Source: Spirochaetia bacterium (GTDB lineage: Bacteria > Spirochaetota > Spirochaetia > CAKZLE01). Taken from it: a stretch of DNA of 64,000 bases. The translations under genes were made by a program, and so were the position numbers. Positions 1 to 10,088 of the stretch are shown here, one piece after another. The number at the start of each line of letters is the position of its first letter. Position 1 is the stretch's first letter. The DNA is taken from the NCBI GenBank assembly GCA_963677595.1, contig OY782041.1, forward strand, positions 2,752,001-2,816,000. Reading direction: 5' to 3'. Below the pieces are notes generated by a model that saw only the letters and a list, made by a program, of their open reading frames with translations, was not told the DNA's origin and made no database searches.

Positions 1-5
1 AGAGC

Positions 6-1133
6 GTGCCGACGGTGAAATGGCTGCTCGATAACGGGGCGAAGCTTGCGTTGATCGCGCACCAGGGGGATACGCTCGATTACCAGAACCTGATCCCGTT
101 GAGAGAGCATGCGCAGAAGCTGAGTCAGAAACTCGGCCGGAAGGTCAGGTACATCGACGATGTATGCGGGCCGATGGCGCAGAGCGCGGTAGAGGCATTG
201 GATGAGGGTGAAGCGGTACTGTTGGGGAACCTGCGGTATCTGTGCGAGGAGATCTCGACCTTCGAGGATGCGGTGAAGCTGAAACCGGAAGAGATGCTCG
301 ACACCTGGCTGGTGCGGTCATTGGCCCCGCTGTTCGACCTCTACGTCAATGACGCATTCGCCGCGGCGCACCGGAACTGCCCGAGCATGGTGGCCTTCCA
401 GGAGCTGCTGCCGAGTGCTGCGGGACCGCTGTTCTTTAACGAGGTATCGGCACTCAACCAGGTGATGACTGCCCCTTCCCACCCATCGGTGTTCGTGCTC
501 GGGGGCGCGAAGATCTCGGATGCGTTCGGGATGATGGAGCAGGTGTTATCAAACGGGACAGCAGACGAGATCCTGACCTGCGGGGTGACCGGGGAAGTGT
601 TTCTCATCGCCTCAGGACAGTCCCTTGGCAGCAAGGTCGATGAGTTCCTGGCGGGGAAGGGGCTGACGAAGTTCATCGGTCAGGCAAAGGAGCTGCTGGA
701 TACCTATGGGGCCAAGATCAGGATGCCCGAAGATCTGGCGTATGAACAGGAAGGAGCGAGAGCGGAGATCAGCATCTCTGAGCTCCCTGCCGAACTGATG
801 TACCTGGATGTGGGGCATAAGACGATCGCCTCCTACCGGGAGAGCATCAACGGAGCAGGGACGGTCTTCGTGAACGGGCCTGCGGGCGTATTCGAGGATG
901 AGAAGTTCGAGGTCGGGACGAGAGAGATCTGGCAGGCGATCGCGAAGGCGCCTGGCTATACGGTGATCGGGGGCGGGGATAGCGTGAGCGCGACCTCGCG
1001 GTTCTGTGATCCTGCAGATATGGATTATATCTGCACCGCAGGTGGTGCCATGGTGCGGTACCTGTCAGGGAAGAAGCTGCCGCTTATCTCCGCGATGGAG
1101 AAGGCAGGAAAAAAAATGTATACGAACCCATAA
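6..1133 (+). CDS. pgk: Phosphoglycerate kinase family protein (5'-truncated by window edge; divergent)
   Basis: Motifs LLGNLRY, NDAFAAAHR, VLGGAKISD, VNGPAGVFE, IGGGDS and CTAGGA match PGK. The usual SHLGRP motif is AHQGDT here. The true start is probably upstream of the window. Confidence 0.85.
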   Translation: MPTVKWLLDNGAKLALIAHQGDTLDYQNLIPLREHAQKLSQKLGRKVRYIDDVCGPMAQSAVEALDEGEAVLLGNLRYLCEEISTFEDAVKLKPEEMLDTWLVRSLAPLFDLYVNDAFAAAHRNCPSMVAFQELLPSAAGPLFFNEVSALNQVMTAPSHPSVFVLGGAKISDAFGMMEQVLSNGTADEILTCGVTGEVFLIASGQSLGSKVDEFLAGKGLTKFIGQAKELLDTYGAKIRMPEDLAYEQEGARAEISISELPAELMYLDVGHKTIASYRESINGAGTVFVNGPAGVFEDEKFEVGTREIWQAIAKAPGYTVIGGGDSVSATSRFCDPADMDYICTAGGAMVRYLSGKKLPLISAMEKAGKKMYTNP

Positions 1134-1141
1134 CCGCCGAA

Positions 1142-1183
1142 GGGGGGGCACCTCCGTTGGATGTGCCCCCCCGCTTTCTTTCT
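1142..1183 (+). terminator. Intrinsic terminator-like hairpin after pgk
   Basis: GGGGGGGCAC...GTGCCCCCCC stem followed by GCTTTCTTTCT. Confidence 0.65.
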
Positions 1184-1228
1184 ATGATCGGCAGTTGGAT
1201 GAAATAGGATAGGATAGGAGAGAGAACC

Positions 1229-1891
1229 ATGAAAAAGAAGGTAGGAGTGATCCATACATTCCTCTACTCGGTAGAGGATCTGAAAGCCCTGTTCGCAGAG
1301 CTCATACCGGAAGTCGAGATGGTCAACATCATCGATGACAGCCTACTCAAGGAAGTGCTGTCAAACGGGGGGCCATCGCCGGCAGTCGTGAGGAGGATGA
1401 CTGAATATGCGGTAGAGCTGGAAGAGCTCGGCTGCGACATGATCCTCAACCAGTGTTCGTCGGTGGGTGAAGTATCTGAGATCGCGCAGAAGTCAGTCTC
1501 GATCCCGTACGTGAAGGTCGATGAACCGATGGCCCATGAGGCTATCTCATTAGGGAAGAAGATCGGTGTGGTCGGGACTGCATACACCACCCTGGGGCCA
1601 TCGGTGCGGCTGGTCGAGAATGTAGCTAAGAAACTTGGCCGGGATGATGTGGTGGTCAATACCTGCTACGCGGACGGAGCCTACGATGCGCTGCTCAATG
1701 AAGGTGACAAGCCCAAGCATGACCGGATCCTTATGGAGACGATCGACAAGGCCTGTGCTGAGAACGAGGTCGTCTGCCTTGCTCAGGGATCGATGATCTC
1801 CCTGGTAGAGGTCTGCAAGAGCAAGCCGGTTCCGGTACTCCACAGTTTCCGCAGCGGGGTCGCCCAGATCCGGGATATACTTGCGCTCTGA
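1229..1891 (+). CDS. Asp/Glu/hydantoin racemase-like protein
   Basis: N-terminal VIHT, IIDDSLL, NQCSSVG, KVDEPM and LAQGSM are typical of this racemase-fold family. SD GGAG upstream. Confidence 0.75.
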   Translation: MKKKVGVIHTFLYSVEDLKALFAELIPEVEMVNIIDDSLLKEVLSNGGPSPAVVRRMTEYAVELEELGCDMILNQCSSVGEVSEIAQKSVSIPYVKVDEPMAHEAISLGKKIGVVGTAYTTLGPSVRLVENVAKKLGRDDVVVNTCYADGAYDALLNEGDKPKHDRILMETIDKACAENEVVCLAQGSMISLVEVCKSKPVPVLHSFRSGVAQIRDILAL

Positions 1892-1992
1892 CGAGTTGGT
1901 AGGATATAATCTATCCAAAGGACCGGGGGGCACATGCCTCACGGTCCCGAGGTATGGTCTGACGAACAGCATCCTCCTGGAGAGTGACAGGC

Positions 1993-3009
1993 ATGGCAAA
2001 GAACAACAAGCGAGTATCATCCAAGGACGTGGCACGGGAGGCAGGGGTCTCCCAGTCGACGGTTTCGCGGGTATTCAATGACAGCGGGATCCCGGTATCG
2101 GAGGACAAGAAGGCACTGGTCCTCGAGACTGCTGCCCGGCTCGGGTACCGCCCGAGCCTGATCGCGCGATCGCTGAACCAGCAGCGCACCAGCATGATCG
2201 GCCTGCTGATCCGGAACTTCTCCAACCAGTTCTATATCGATGCCATGAAGATGTTCACGGAGAAGTTCCAGGAGCATGGGTACACGATCATGCTCTTCAA
2301 CATCAAGGATGATGAGAACGTCGAACAGGACCTGATTCGGGCGATGGAGTATCAGGTAGACGGCCTGGTCATCACCTCCGCGAGCCTGGACTCCGACATC
2401 GTGGGTCAGTTCCATACCTATGAGACGCCGGTCATCCTCTTCAACCGCCTCAATGAGGGGCAGAGCGTGAACGCGGTCTGCTGCGACAATGTCGCAGGCG
2501 GGGAGGCTGTCGCTGAGTATCTGGTCTCAAGGGGCCATAAGAAATTAGTCTATGTCGCCGGTGAGGAGGACTCCTCGACGAACCGCGACAGGAAGAAGGG
2601 GTTCTTCTCCTATGCGAAGTCTGCAGGCCTCGATGACATCATCGTCGTGCATGGGGATTTCTCCTATAAGTCGGGGCTTGCCGCGGCTGGGGAGCTGATC
2701 GCTTCCGGGCGTGAGTTCGACGGGGTGTTCTGTCCTTCCGATACCATGGCGCTCGGGTTCATGGATTATATCCACCATAAGACCGACCTTTCGATCCCGG
2801 GGGATTTCTCCCTTGTCGGGTTCGACGGTTTGCCGGTGCCGGACGAGGATATCTATCCGCTGACAACCTATGAGCAGCCGCTCGGGCGGATGGTCCAGCG
2901 GACGGTGGACTTCATGATCGAGAAGATCGAGAATTTCTCCCCGGACCCGGTCTCCTACCTCTTCAACGGAAGGATCCTTGAACGGGGGTCGGTGAAGGAC
3001 CGGAACTGA
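1993..3009 (+). CDS. LacI family transcriptional regulator
   Basis: HTH SSKDVAREAGVSQSTVSRVFN, hinge LGYRPSLIARSL and a periplasmic-binding-like C-domain. ATG at 1993 follows GGAGAG. Confidence 0.95.
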   Translation: MAKNNKRVSSKDVAREAGVSQSTVSRVFNDSGIPVSEDKKALVLETAARLGYRPSLIARSLNQQRTSMIGLLIRNFSNQFYIDAMKMFTEKFQEHGYTIMLFNIKDDENVEQDLIRAMEYQVDGLVITSASLDSDIVGQFHTYETPVILFNRLNEGQSVNAVCCDNVAGGEAVAEYLVSRGHKKLVYVAGEEDSSTNRDRKKGFFSYAKSAGLDDIIVVHGDFSYKSGLAAAGELIASGREFDGVFCPSDTMALGFMDYIHHKTDLSIPGDFSLVGFDGLPVPDEDIYPLTTYEQPLGRMVQRTVDFMIEKIENFSPDPVSYLFNGRILERGSVKDRN

Positions 3010-3031
3010 ATAGCCGTAAAGGGAAACCAGC

Positions 3032-3922
3032 ATGAGAGAGAGAACCATCGAGGCGGTAACAACTGCCTTCACCCACTACATTACCGATTCCAGTGAACTG
3101 TACCCCGTACGTACAGGCTTCAGGTTCCTCGAGGGACCCGTATGGGATGCCGCAGAAGCACGTCTCTTCTTCAATGACATCAAGGGCAATGCCATCTATG
3201 TCTACCGGGAGGATGGGACGCTTGAGACCTTCCGGGACAACAGCTACCTTGCCAACGGCAACACCCTCGATCGGGAGGGGAGCCTCATCACCTGTGAGCA
3301 TGGGACGAGCAGGGTCTCGAAGACGACGCGCGACGGGGAGTACTCGGTCCTTACCTCACAGTACCAGGGGAAGGAGCTCAACAGCCCGAACGACGTGATC
3401 GTCCGCAGTGACGGGCTCATCCTCTTCACCGACCCGACCTCCGGGCGGGGGGCAGGCTTCGGGATCCCGAGGACCCCCGAACTCGATTTCCTGGGGGTAT
3501 ACTCCTATGATCCGGCTACCGGTGAGACGAAGCTTCTCATCGATGACTTTACCTTCCCCAACGGGCTCTGCCTCTCGGCTGATGAGCGGCTGCTCTATGT
3601 CAACGATACCCGAGACCAGCTGATCAAAGTCTATGATATCGACGGGGAAGGGAAGGTATCGAACGGGAGGCTCTTTACCAAGTTCGTCGAGGACCTCCCT
3701 GGCAAGGCTGACGGCCTGAAGATCGACAGCGAGGGTAATGTCTTCTCGACCGGTCCCGGGGGTATTCTCATCTTCGATGCGGCAGGCACGCTGATCGGGA
3801 GGATCTACATCCCCGAACAGGCGGCGAACTTCTGCTGGGGCGGGGAGGACCTGAAGACCCTCTACATCACGGCCTCGACCACGCTCTATGCGATCAGGCT
3901 CGCAGTCCCGGGCAGGGCTTGA
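3032..3922 (+). CDS. SMP-30/gluconolactonase family protein
   Basis: EGPVWD, NSPNDV, FTDP, PNGL and DGLKID motifs. Confidence 0.92.
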   Translation: MRERTIEAVTTAFTHYITDSSELYPVRTGFRFLEGPVWDAAEARLFFNDIKGNAIYVYREDGTLETFRDNSYLANGNTLDREGSLITCEHGTSRVSKTTRDGEYSVLTSQYQGKELNSPNDVIVRSDGLILFTDPTSGRGAGFGIPRTPELDFLGVYSYDPATGETKLLIDDFTFPNGLCLSADERLLYVNDTRDQLIKVYDIDGEGKVSNGRLFTKFVEDLPGKADGLKIDSEGNVFSTGPGGILIFDAAGTLIGRIYIPEQAANFCWGGEDLKTLYITASTTLYAIRLAVPGRA

Positions 3923-3945
3923 CTACGGGGCCTGCTGTTCACCTA

Positions 3946-3974
3946 TTGCCATAGCCCCCTATTTGTATTACTGT
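3946..3974 (+). promoter_or_regulatory. sigma70-type promoter for ktrB (probably leaderless)
   Basis: TTGCCA-17bp-TACTGT ending 6 nt before ATG 3981; no SD. Confidence 0.5.
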
Positions 3975-3980
3975 CTTTGT

Positions 3981-5321
3981 ATGAAGCATGCATTCGGTTC
4001 AGATCGTGTGATCCTGTTCACCTACTTTCTGGGCCTTATACTGATCGGCACAATCCTCTTGAGTCTCCCACCGGCTTGGGCCGGTGCCGGCAGTCTGTCA
4101 GGGCTCGATGCCCTGTTCACCTCGGTCTCGGCTGTCTGCGTGACCGGGCTCATCACCGTCGATACCGCACAGTTCTCCATCTACGGGAAGTTCGTCATCA
4201 TGTTCCTGATCCAGTTCGGGGGACTCGGCATCCTGACCTTCACCACGGTCATCTTCTTCTCCTCGAACAAGAGCAAGAAGGTATCCCTGCGTAATCTCCA
4301 GATGGTCAGGAGCTTCTACCTTGATTCCATCGAGTTCAAGGCCTACCATATCCTCAGGAACATCCTGAAGCTGACCTTCATCATTGAGGCATTCGGCGGG
4401 TTCCTCCTCTTCCTCAAGTTCAGGAACAGTATGGATACCCTTCCCGCGCTCTTCTACGGGCTGTTCCATGCAGTCTCGGCCTTCTGCAATGCCGGGTTCT
4501 CGCTCTTCAGCGACAGCCTCATGGGATACAGCTCCGATCCGGCGCTGATGCTCATCATCATGGTACTCGTCATCGCCGGTGGACTCGGGTTCCTCGTCTT
4601 CAACGATGTGCTGAATGTGGCCAGGAAGCAGCGGAAGCGGCTCTCTCTCCATACGAACATGGTCCTGAGGACGACGGCCGTCCTCATCCTTACCGGCTGG
4701 ATCCTCTTCCTCATCCTTGAATGGCATGCATCAGCTGCCGGGATGCCCGTCTTCGACCGGATCATGAATGCCCTGTTCCAGTCGGTCACCCCGAGGACAG
4801 CGGGCTTCAACACCGTGGACCAGGCTGGTCTTTCCGCTGCCTCGAAGGTCCTCACCATCTTCCTGATGTTCATCGGGGGCTCTCCCGCCTCGATCGCGGG
4901 AGGGATCAAGACGACGACCTTCGCGATCGTCTTCCTCACCGTCGTCAAGGGGCTGGACCATAACGGGAGGATCCGCCTGAAGGGGCGGGCCCTCTCGTCA
5001 GGCATCGTGACGAAAGCGATGATCTTCCTCGGGAAGGCGTTCACAATCCTGGTGGGAAGCATCTTCCTCTTGACGATCACCGAGATGGGAAGCCGCAGCG
5101 ATGTGAGCTTCCTCTCCATCATGTTCGAGAGTGTTTCCGCGTTCGGTACGGTCGGTCTCTCGACCGGGGTAACACCGGACTTGACCGCAGTCGGCAAGCT
5201 GGTCATCATCATGACGATGTTCGCCGGACGAGTCGGTCTTATTTCGATGACCATACCCCTGTTCAGGGAACAGGATTCGAATATGGTTGATTACCCGGAG
5301 GAGGAGGTCCTGATAGGCTGA
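3981..5321 (+). CDS. ktrB: Ktr/Trk potassium uptake membrane subunit
   Basis: Four pore-loop motifs: SAVCVTGL, SAFCNAGF, TPRTAGF, SAFGTVGLS. Multiple TM helices. Confidence 0.93.
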   Translation: MKHAFGSDRVILFTYFLGLILIGTILLSLPPAWAGAGSLSGLDALFTSVSAVCVTGLITVDTAQFSIYGKFVIMFLIQFGGLGILTFTTVIFFSSNKSKKVSLRNLQMVRSFYLDSIEFKAYHILRNILKLTFIIEAFGGFLLFLKFRNSMDTLPALFYGLFHAVSAFCNAGFSLFSDSLMGYSSDPALMLIIMVLVIAGGLGFLVFNDVLNVARKQRKRLSLHTNMVLRTTAVLILTGWILFLILEWHASAAGMPVFDRIMNALFQSVTPRTAGFNTVDQAGLSAASKVLTIFLMFIGGSPASIAGGIKTTTFAIVFLTVVKGLDHNGRIRLKGRALSSGIVTKAMIFLGKAFTILVGSIFLLTITEMGSRSDVSFLSIMFESVSAFGTVGLSTGVTPDLTAVGKLVIIMTMFAGRVGLISMTIPLFREQDSNMVDYPEEEVLIG

Positions 5322-6025
5322 TGAAACAGTATGCGATCATAGGAATGAGTACATTCGGTAAGTATATGCTCGAGGAGCTCGCGAACATCGACTGCGAGGT
5401 CCTTGTCATCGACAAGAAGCGGGATTTGATCGAAGCCCTGAAAGACAAGGTGACCAGCGCGTATATCGCGGACGCGATCAACGAGGAGACGATCTTTCGC
5501 TTGGTCCCGAAGAGCATCGATGCAGCGATCATCGATCTCGGGGACCGGATCGAGGTCTCGGTCCTGGTGACCAACTACCTGAAGAAGCTGGGCATCAAGA
5601 ACATCATCGCGAAGGCCCAGTCCCGTGAACACGGGGAGATCCTCGAGATCATCGGGGCGACCCACGTTGTCTTCCCCAACCGGGAAGCCGCCAAACGGCT
5701 GGTGCCGATGATCCTCTCAGAGGGACTGTTCAACTACTTCCCGATCGGGGATGACCTCGTCATCGCGGAGGTGAAGATTCCCGAGGAGTATGCCGGCAAG
5801 ACGATCGTCGAGGCTGACCTCCGGAGGAATGCAGGGGTGAACATCATCGCCTTGAAGCGTGATGACGGGTACCACCAGTTCATCAACCGGGACTATACCC
5901 TCGATCATGAGGAAGTGGTCCTCGTGGCATGCTCACCCCAGGCTCTCGCCGCATTCAGCGGGGCTCCCATCGCCGAACCTGAAGTGAAGAAGCGGGGAGC
6001 CGGCCTCATGAATCTCTTCGGGTAG
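5321..6025 (+). CDS. ktrA: Ktr/Trk potassium uptake RCK subunit
   Basis: N-terminal Rossmann YAIIGMSTFG with TrkA-N and TrkA-C domains; coupled to ktrB (TGATG). Confidence 0.9.
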   Translation: MKQYAIIGMSTFGKYMLEELANIDCEVLVIDKKRDLIEALKDKVTSAYIADAINEETIFRLVPKSIDAAIIDLGDRIEVSVLVTNYLKKLGIKNIIAKAQSREHGEILEIIGATHVVFPNREAAKRLVPMILSEGLFNYFPIGDDLVIAEVKIPEEYAGKTIVEADLRRNAGVNIIALKRDDGYHQFINRDYTLDHEEVVLVACSPQALAAFSGAPIAEPEVKKRGAGLMNLFG

Positions 6026-6034
6026 GGGAGCGTA

Positions 6035-7258
6035 ATGAAAGACTCATCGTTCGATTTCCAGGTATTCTCGGAGATAGCCCCCCTGAAGAGCGTGCTGCTC
6101 CACCGGCCGGGACGTGAACTCGAGACCCTCACCCCGCGCTACCTCGACTCCATGCTCTTCGAGGATATTCCCTTCCTCGAGCGGATGCAGTCCGAACATG
6201 ACCAGTTCGCAGCGCTGTTGAGGAAGGAGGGGAGCGAGGTCCTCTACTTCGATGACCTCCTTACCGAGGTCCTGCAGGATGATGCTGTCCGTGCTGATGT
6301 GATCAGAAGGAGTGTCGGGACCTCAGAGGTCCGTGACGTGCGGATCAGGGAAGCGCTCATCTCGATGCTCTCCTCCCTGGAGCCGGAGGCCCTTACTTCC
6401 TACCTCATCGGGGGCGTACAGAAGACCGATGTGGGGGAGACCACGGAAGCCAAGGATCTCTCGTATTACATCAGGGACGAGTATCCCTACTACATCAGCC
6501 CGCTGCCGAACCTCTACTTCACCCGAGATCCCGGTACCACGGTCGGAAGGCGGTTCTCCGTCAATACCATGAATACCTCAGCGAGGAGGCGGGAGACCCT
6601 GCTGCTCTCGGTGATCATGCACAACCAGGGTGAGTCCCTCCCCGGCAGGCTGCTGGAGGACTATACCGGCGGGGCCTCGATCGAGGGAGGGGACATCCTC
6701 ATCCTCGATGAGCATACGCTGGCGGTCGGGTGCAGTGCGCGCAGCGAGGCCTGGGCGATCGAAAGGCTGGCTGACCGAGTGCTCACTCAGGAGGGGTTCT
6801 CACGGCTGCTGGTCATCCAGATTCCCTTCACGAGGGCTTACATGCACCTTGATACGGTCTTCACCATGGTAGACCATGACAAGTTCACGATCTACCCCGG
6901 GGTGGAGCGCAGGCTGAAGGTCTTCAGCCTGACCAAGGACCACAGGGGTTCACTCGGGGTGACGCAGGAGCGGGACCTCGGCAGTGCACTTGCAGGTGCC
7001 CTTGGACTTCCTGCAGTGGACCTGATCGCCACCGGCGGCGGCGATATGATCACTGCCGCACGGGAACAGTGGAATGACAGCACAAATACCCTGGCAGTGG
7101 CCCCGGGGAAGGTTGTCACATACCGTAGAAATGTGGTATCTAATGAGACACTGACCACTCACGGGATTGAGGTCTTGCCGATCGATGGATCGGAACTCGT
7201 ACGGGGAAGGGGCGGCCCAAGATGCATGAGCATGCCGTTGTACCGGTCCCGTCTGTGA
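6035..7258 (+). CDS. arcA: Arginine deiminase
   Basis: [34 protein letters not shown] and [11 protein letters not shown]. Confidence 0.97.
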   Translation: MKDSSFDFQVFSEIAPLKSVLLHRPGRELETLTPRYLDSMLFEDIPFLERMQSEHDQFAALLRKEGSEVLYFDDLLTEVLQDDAVRADVIRRSVGTSEVRDVRIREALISMLSSLEPEALTSYLIGGVQKTDVGETTEAKDLSYYIRDEYPYYISPLPNLYFTRDPGTTVGRRFSVNTMNTSARRRETLLLSVIMHNQGESLPGRLLEDYTGGASIEGGDILILDEHTLAVGCSARSEAWAIERLADRVLTQEGFSRLLVIQIPFTRAYMHLDTVFTMVDHDKFTIYPGVERRLKVFSLTKDHRGSLGVTQERDLGSALAGALGLPAVDLIATGGGDMITAAREQWNDSTNTLAVAPGKVVTYRRNVVSNETLTTHGIEVLPIDGSELVRGRGGPRCMSMPLYRSRL

Positions 7259-7286
7259 GGGGAATCATCTGCGAGGAGGGTGTGCG

Positions 7287-8282
7287 ATGCCTGTGAATTT
7301 ACGAGGAAGGAGTCTGCTGACTCTGAAGGATTTCTCACCGGAGGAGATCCGGTACCTGCTCGATCTCTCGAGAGAGCTGAAGATGAAGAAGCGTTCCGGA
7401 CTGCGCGGCGACCTGCTTGCCGGGAAGAACGTCGTCCTGATCTTCGAGAAGACCTCCACCCGTACACGCTGTGCATTCGAAGTCGCTGCCTTAGACGAGG
7501 GCGGCTGCGTGACCTTCCTGACCAACTCCCAGATGGGTAAGAAAGAGTCCATCGAGGATACCGCGAAGGTCCTCGGCAGGTTCTATGACGGGATCGAGTT
7601 CAGGGGCTACAAGCAGGAGACCGTGGAAGCGCTCGCTGAGTACTCAGGAGTCCCTGTATGGAACGGGCTGACCGACCTCTACCACCCGACCCAGGTACTT
7701 GCTGACTTCCTCACTGCTGAAGAACACCTGAACAAGCCGGTGAGCAAGATGAAGATGGTCTTCGTCGGGGATGCGAGGAACAACGTCGCGAACTCCCTCA
7801 TGCTCTCTGCCGCAAAGATGGGGATGGATTACACCGCCCTCGCACCGAAGGAGCTCTTCCCCTCGGATGACCTCCTCAAAGAAGTGAACGAGTATGCTGC
7901 CTACAGCGGTTCGGTCATCGAGGTGACCGATGATATGGAGCAGGCCGTCAAGGGTGCCGATATCATCTATACCGACGTATGGGTCTCCATGGGAGAGGAA
8001 GATATGTTCGAGGAGCGGATCAAGCTCCTGAAACCCTACCAGGTGACCATGGAGATGCTGAATGCCACGGGGAATCCCGACGTGATCTTCGAGCACTGCC
8101 TCCCGTCCTTCCATGACCTGGATACCCAGGTGGGCAGGGAAGTGTACGAGAAGTACGGACTGAAGGAGATGGAAGTGACTGACGAGGTCTTCAGGAGCCG
8201 TCACTCAGTCGTCTTCGACGAGGCAGAGAACCGTATGCATACCATCAAGGCCGTGATGGTCGCTACTGCGGGCAACCTGTAG
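7287..8282 (+). CDS. argF: Ornithine carbamoyltransferase (catabolic type, ArcB)
   Basis: [23 protein letters not shown] and EAENRMH. Confidence 0.97.
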   Translation: MPVNLRGRSLLTLKDFSPEEIRYLLDLSRELKMKKRSGLRGDLLAGKNVVLIFEKTSTRTRCAFEVAALDEGGCVTFLTNSQMGKKESIEDTAKVLGRFYDGIEFRGYKQETVEALAEYSGVPVWNGLTDLYHPTQVLADFLTAEEHLNKPVSKMKMVFVGDARNNVANSLMLSAAKMGMDYTALAPKELFPSDDLLKEVNEYAAYSGSVIEVTDDMEQAVKGADIIYTDVWVSMGEEDMFEERIKLLKPYQVTMEMLNATGNPDVIFEHCLPSFHDLDTQVGREVYEKYGLKEMEVTDEVFRSRHSVVFDEAENRMHTIKAVMVATAGNL

Positions 8283-8292
8283 TAGATAACCG

Positions 8293-8321
8293 GGGAGAGC
8301 GATGCTCTCCCTTTGTTTTTT
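8293..8321 (+). terminator. Rho-independent terminator
   Basis: GGGAGAGC-GAT-GCTCTCCC followed by TTTGTTTTTT. Confidence 0.85.
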
Positions 8322-8361
8322 CTGGGTGTGTAATAAATAGTTGCATTATTTGGAATATACC

Positions 8362-8389
8362 TTGATACAAATCAGTAAGATGATATAAT
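8362..8389 (+). promoter_or_regulatory. sigma70 promoter of the XRE-ImmA operon
   Basis: TTGATA-16bp-TATAAT with extended TGn. Confidence 0.55.
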
Positions 8390-8437
8390 AAATTGCAAAT
8401 CGGTCTGCAGTACCAGACCTGTTGGAGGAGTTTCGCT

Positions 8438-8788
8438 GTGAAAAAGCTATCGACTGAGAAACTGGCGCTCGAAGTTAAGACAAAGAGAGCTCAGCAGGAA
8501 CTGACACAAGACAGATTGGGAGAACTCACAGGCATTAATCGGGTCATGATAGGTAAGATTGAAAAAGGATCATTCATCCCTTCCATTATGCAGCTGGAAG
8601 CATTGTCTTCCTGCCTGGGGTTTGCTATTGAGAAACTCTTCATCGAGGAGACACAGGCTCCTTCCTTTATGGCCTTGAGAAGTGAAAGCCTTTCGGATAC
8701 TGAAGGGGATGGCTTCGATACCCTGATCTCCATGATGCTGACTCTCAGGAAACAGATCATGTTACGGAAGAATACACTGCATGCATAG
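8438..8788 (+). CDS. XRE family HTH transcriptional regulator
   Basis: LTQDRLGELTGINRVMIGKIEKGSFIPS HTH_3 signature; GTG start after GGAGG. Confidence 0.88.
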   Translation: MKKLSTEKLALEVKTKRAQQELTQDRLGELTGINRVMIGKIEKGSFIPSIMQLEALSSCLGFAIEKLFIEETQAPSFMALRSESLSDTEGDGFDTLISMMLTLRKQIMLRKNTLHA

Positions 8789-9665
8789 AACATATGAGCT
8801 TTCCCCGATAGAACTGCAGGAGATACGCAAATTAGCCGCTGATAAACGCCGGGAACTTGGCTTTATCGGGAATACTCCCATCGGATGCGAACTGTTCCCC
8901 CTCCTGAAGGAGATTGGCATAGAGTTGGTTGAGTTTCCCGTAGACAGTGGTGTTGAGCGGCAATCGTTCTCTGCCGTCCTCCTGTATGTGAGAGTCGATG
9001 GGAGTGAATTGGCATGTATCGGATTGAACACTGCTGATTATCTCGATAACCAGGTTTTTGCTCTGGCACATGAATTGTACCATTATTTTGAGAAATCTGA
9101 ACCTCACCTCTGCCGTCTCGAAGATCTCACTGACAGCAATGGTATAGAGGCGAGAGCCAACCGATTTGCAGCGGTGTTCCTGCTTCCAGAAGAGAGTGTA
9201 AGGGATATTATTTCGAATGAGTTCAAAACAGTTGACTTGAAGTCAATACCGGAGCAGGTCATCCTGAGATTGACCGCGAGGATCCATTGTCGGTGGTGGG
9301 TCCCGTACCGTTCCATCATCAACAGGTTCAGGGAACTCGAGATTATCACGGCTGAACAGTATGATCTCCTGTACACACAAGATGTACGGTCCCCGGACAG
9401 TTATTATGGGAAAGTCGGATTGGCTACGCAGGAGGAGACGTTTCGGAAGTTGAACAGCCGGCCTAGAACCATCGGGACCTCTCCTGAGAATATCGATATG
9501 ATAATCAGGAACTACGAGGAAGCTCTCATTGATGAGGATGAGTTTCATGAGACTATGGCCGTATTCAATAAGTCCCCTGCTGACTTCGGGTATGAACGGG
9601 GTATATCACAAGAGGACCTGGATGAACTAGCTGAGTTCTTCAACGGGGATGGGAATGAAAGTTGA
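8781..9665 (+). CDS. ImmA/IrrE family metallo-endopeptidase (Peptidase M78)
   Basis: FALAHELYH (HExxH) and EARANRFAAVFLLP; overlaps the XRE gene. Confidence 0.9.
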   Translation: MHRTYELSPIELQEIRKLAADKRRELGFIGNTPIGCELFPLLKEIGIELVEFPVDSGVERQSFSAVLLYVRVDGSELACIGLNTADYLDNQVFALAHELYHYFEKSEPHLCRLEDLTDSNGIEARANRFAAVFLLPEESVRDIISNEFKTVDLKSIPEQVILRLTARIHCRWWVPYRSIINRFRELEIITAEQYDLLYTQDVRSPDSYYGKVGLATQEETFRKLNSRPRTIGTSPENIDMIIRNYEEALIDEDEFHETMAVFNKSPADFGYERGISQEDLDELAEFFNGDGNES

Positions 9666-9747
9666 GACAGGAAGGCAGAATCCTGCTTTGATACGTATAA
9701 TCGAGAATAGAGATCAAATCATAACGCTTGATGTGCTTCATCCATAG
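9655..9747 (+). pseudogene. Probable truncated third gene of the XRE-ImmA operon (30 aa, MKVETGRQNPALIRIIENRDQIITLDVLHP)
   Basis: The ATG overlaps the ImmA 3' end after a GGGGA/GGGA SD-like stretch. The ORF ends within the stop region of the convergent MNT gene. Confidence 0.45.
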
Positions 9748-10088
9748 AGAAGTACCCCTTCGTTGACAATAGCCCGCTCAAGACTGGGAAGTAATGATTT
9801 TTCATTGAACATGGTCTTATTACTTACCAGAAGATCAACGGGATGGGTCTTGTGTAGCCCAATAGCTCTTCGTATTCTTCTCGTAATGGATAAGGGTCTT
9901 TCTGACTGATCATGCATAACAACATAAAAATCATAGTCACTGTCAGGGTTCGGTGTTCCCTTCGCAAAGGAACCGAACAGGTATACCCGTTCTGGATGTA
10001 CCGTCTGTACGATGATCTCTGTAAGCAGTGAGATCTCTTCAAGCTGTGTGGTTCGAACCTTATCAAGCACGTTTGCAGTATATACCAA
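9738..10088 (-). CDS. Minimal nucleotidyltransferase (MNT) domain protein, orphan
   Basis: VYLFGSFAKG..DSDYDFYVV (GSx10DxD), PVDLLV and EGVLLY. Confidence 0.88.
   Translation of the reverse strand: MVYTANVLDKVRTTQLEEISLLTEIIVQTVHPERVYLFGSFAKGTPNPDSDYDFYVVMHDQSERPLSITRRIRRAIGLHKTHPVDLLVSNKTMFNEKSLLPSLERAIVNEGVLLYG

Noticed and set aside
8438-9665. Prophage or ICE immunity module (ImmR/ImmA)
   Set aside because: No integrase, excisionase, phage or conjugation genes adjacent
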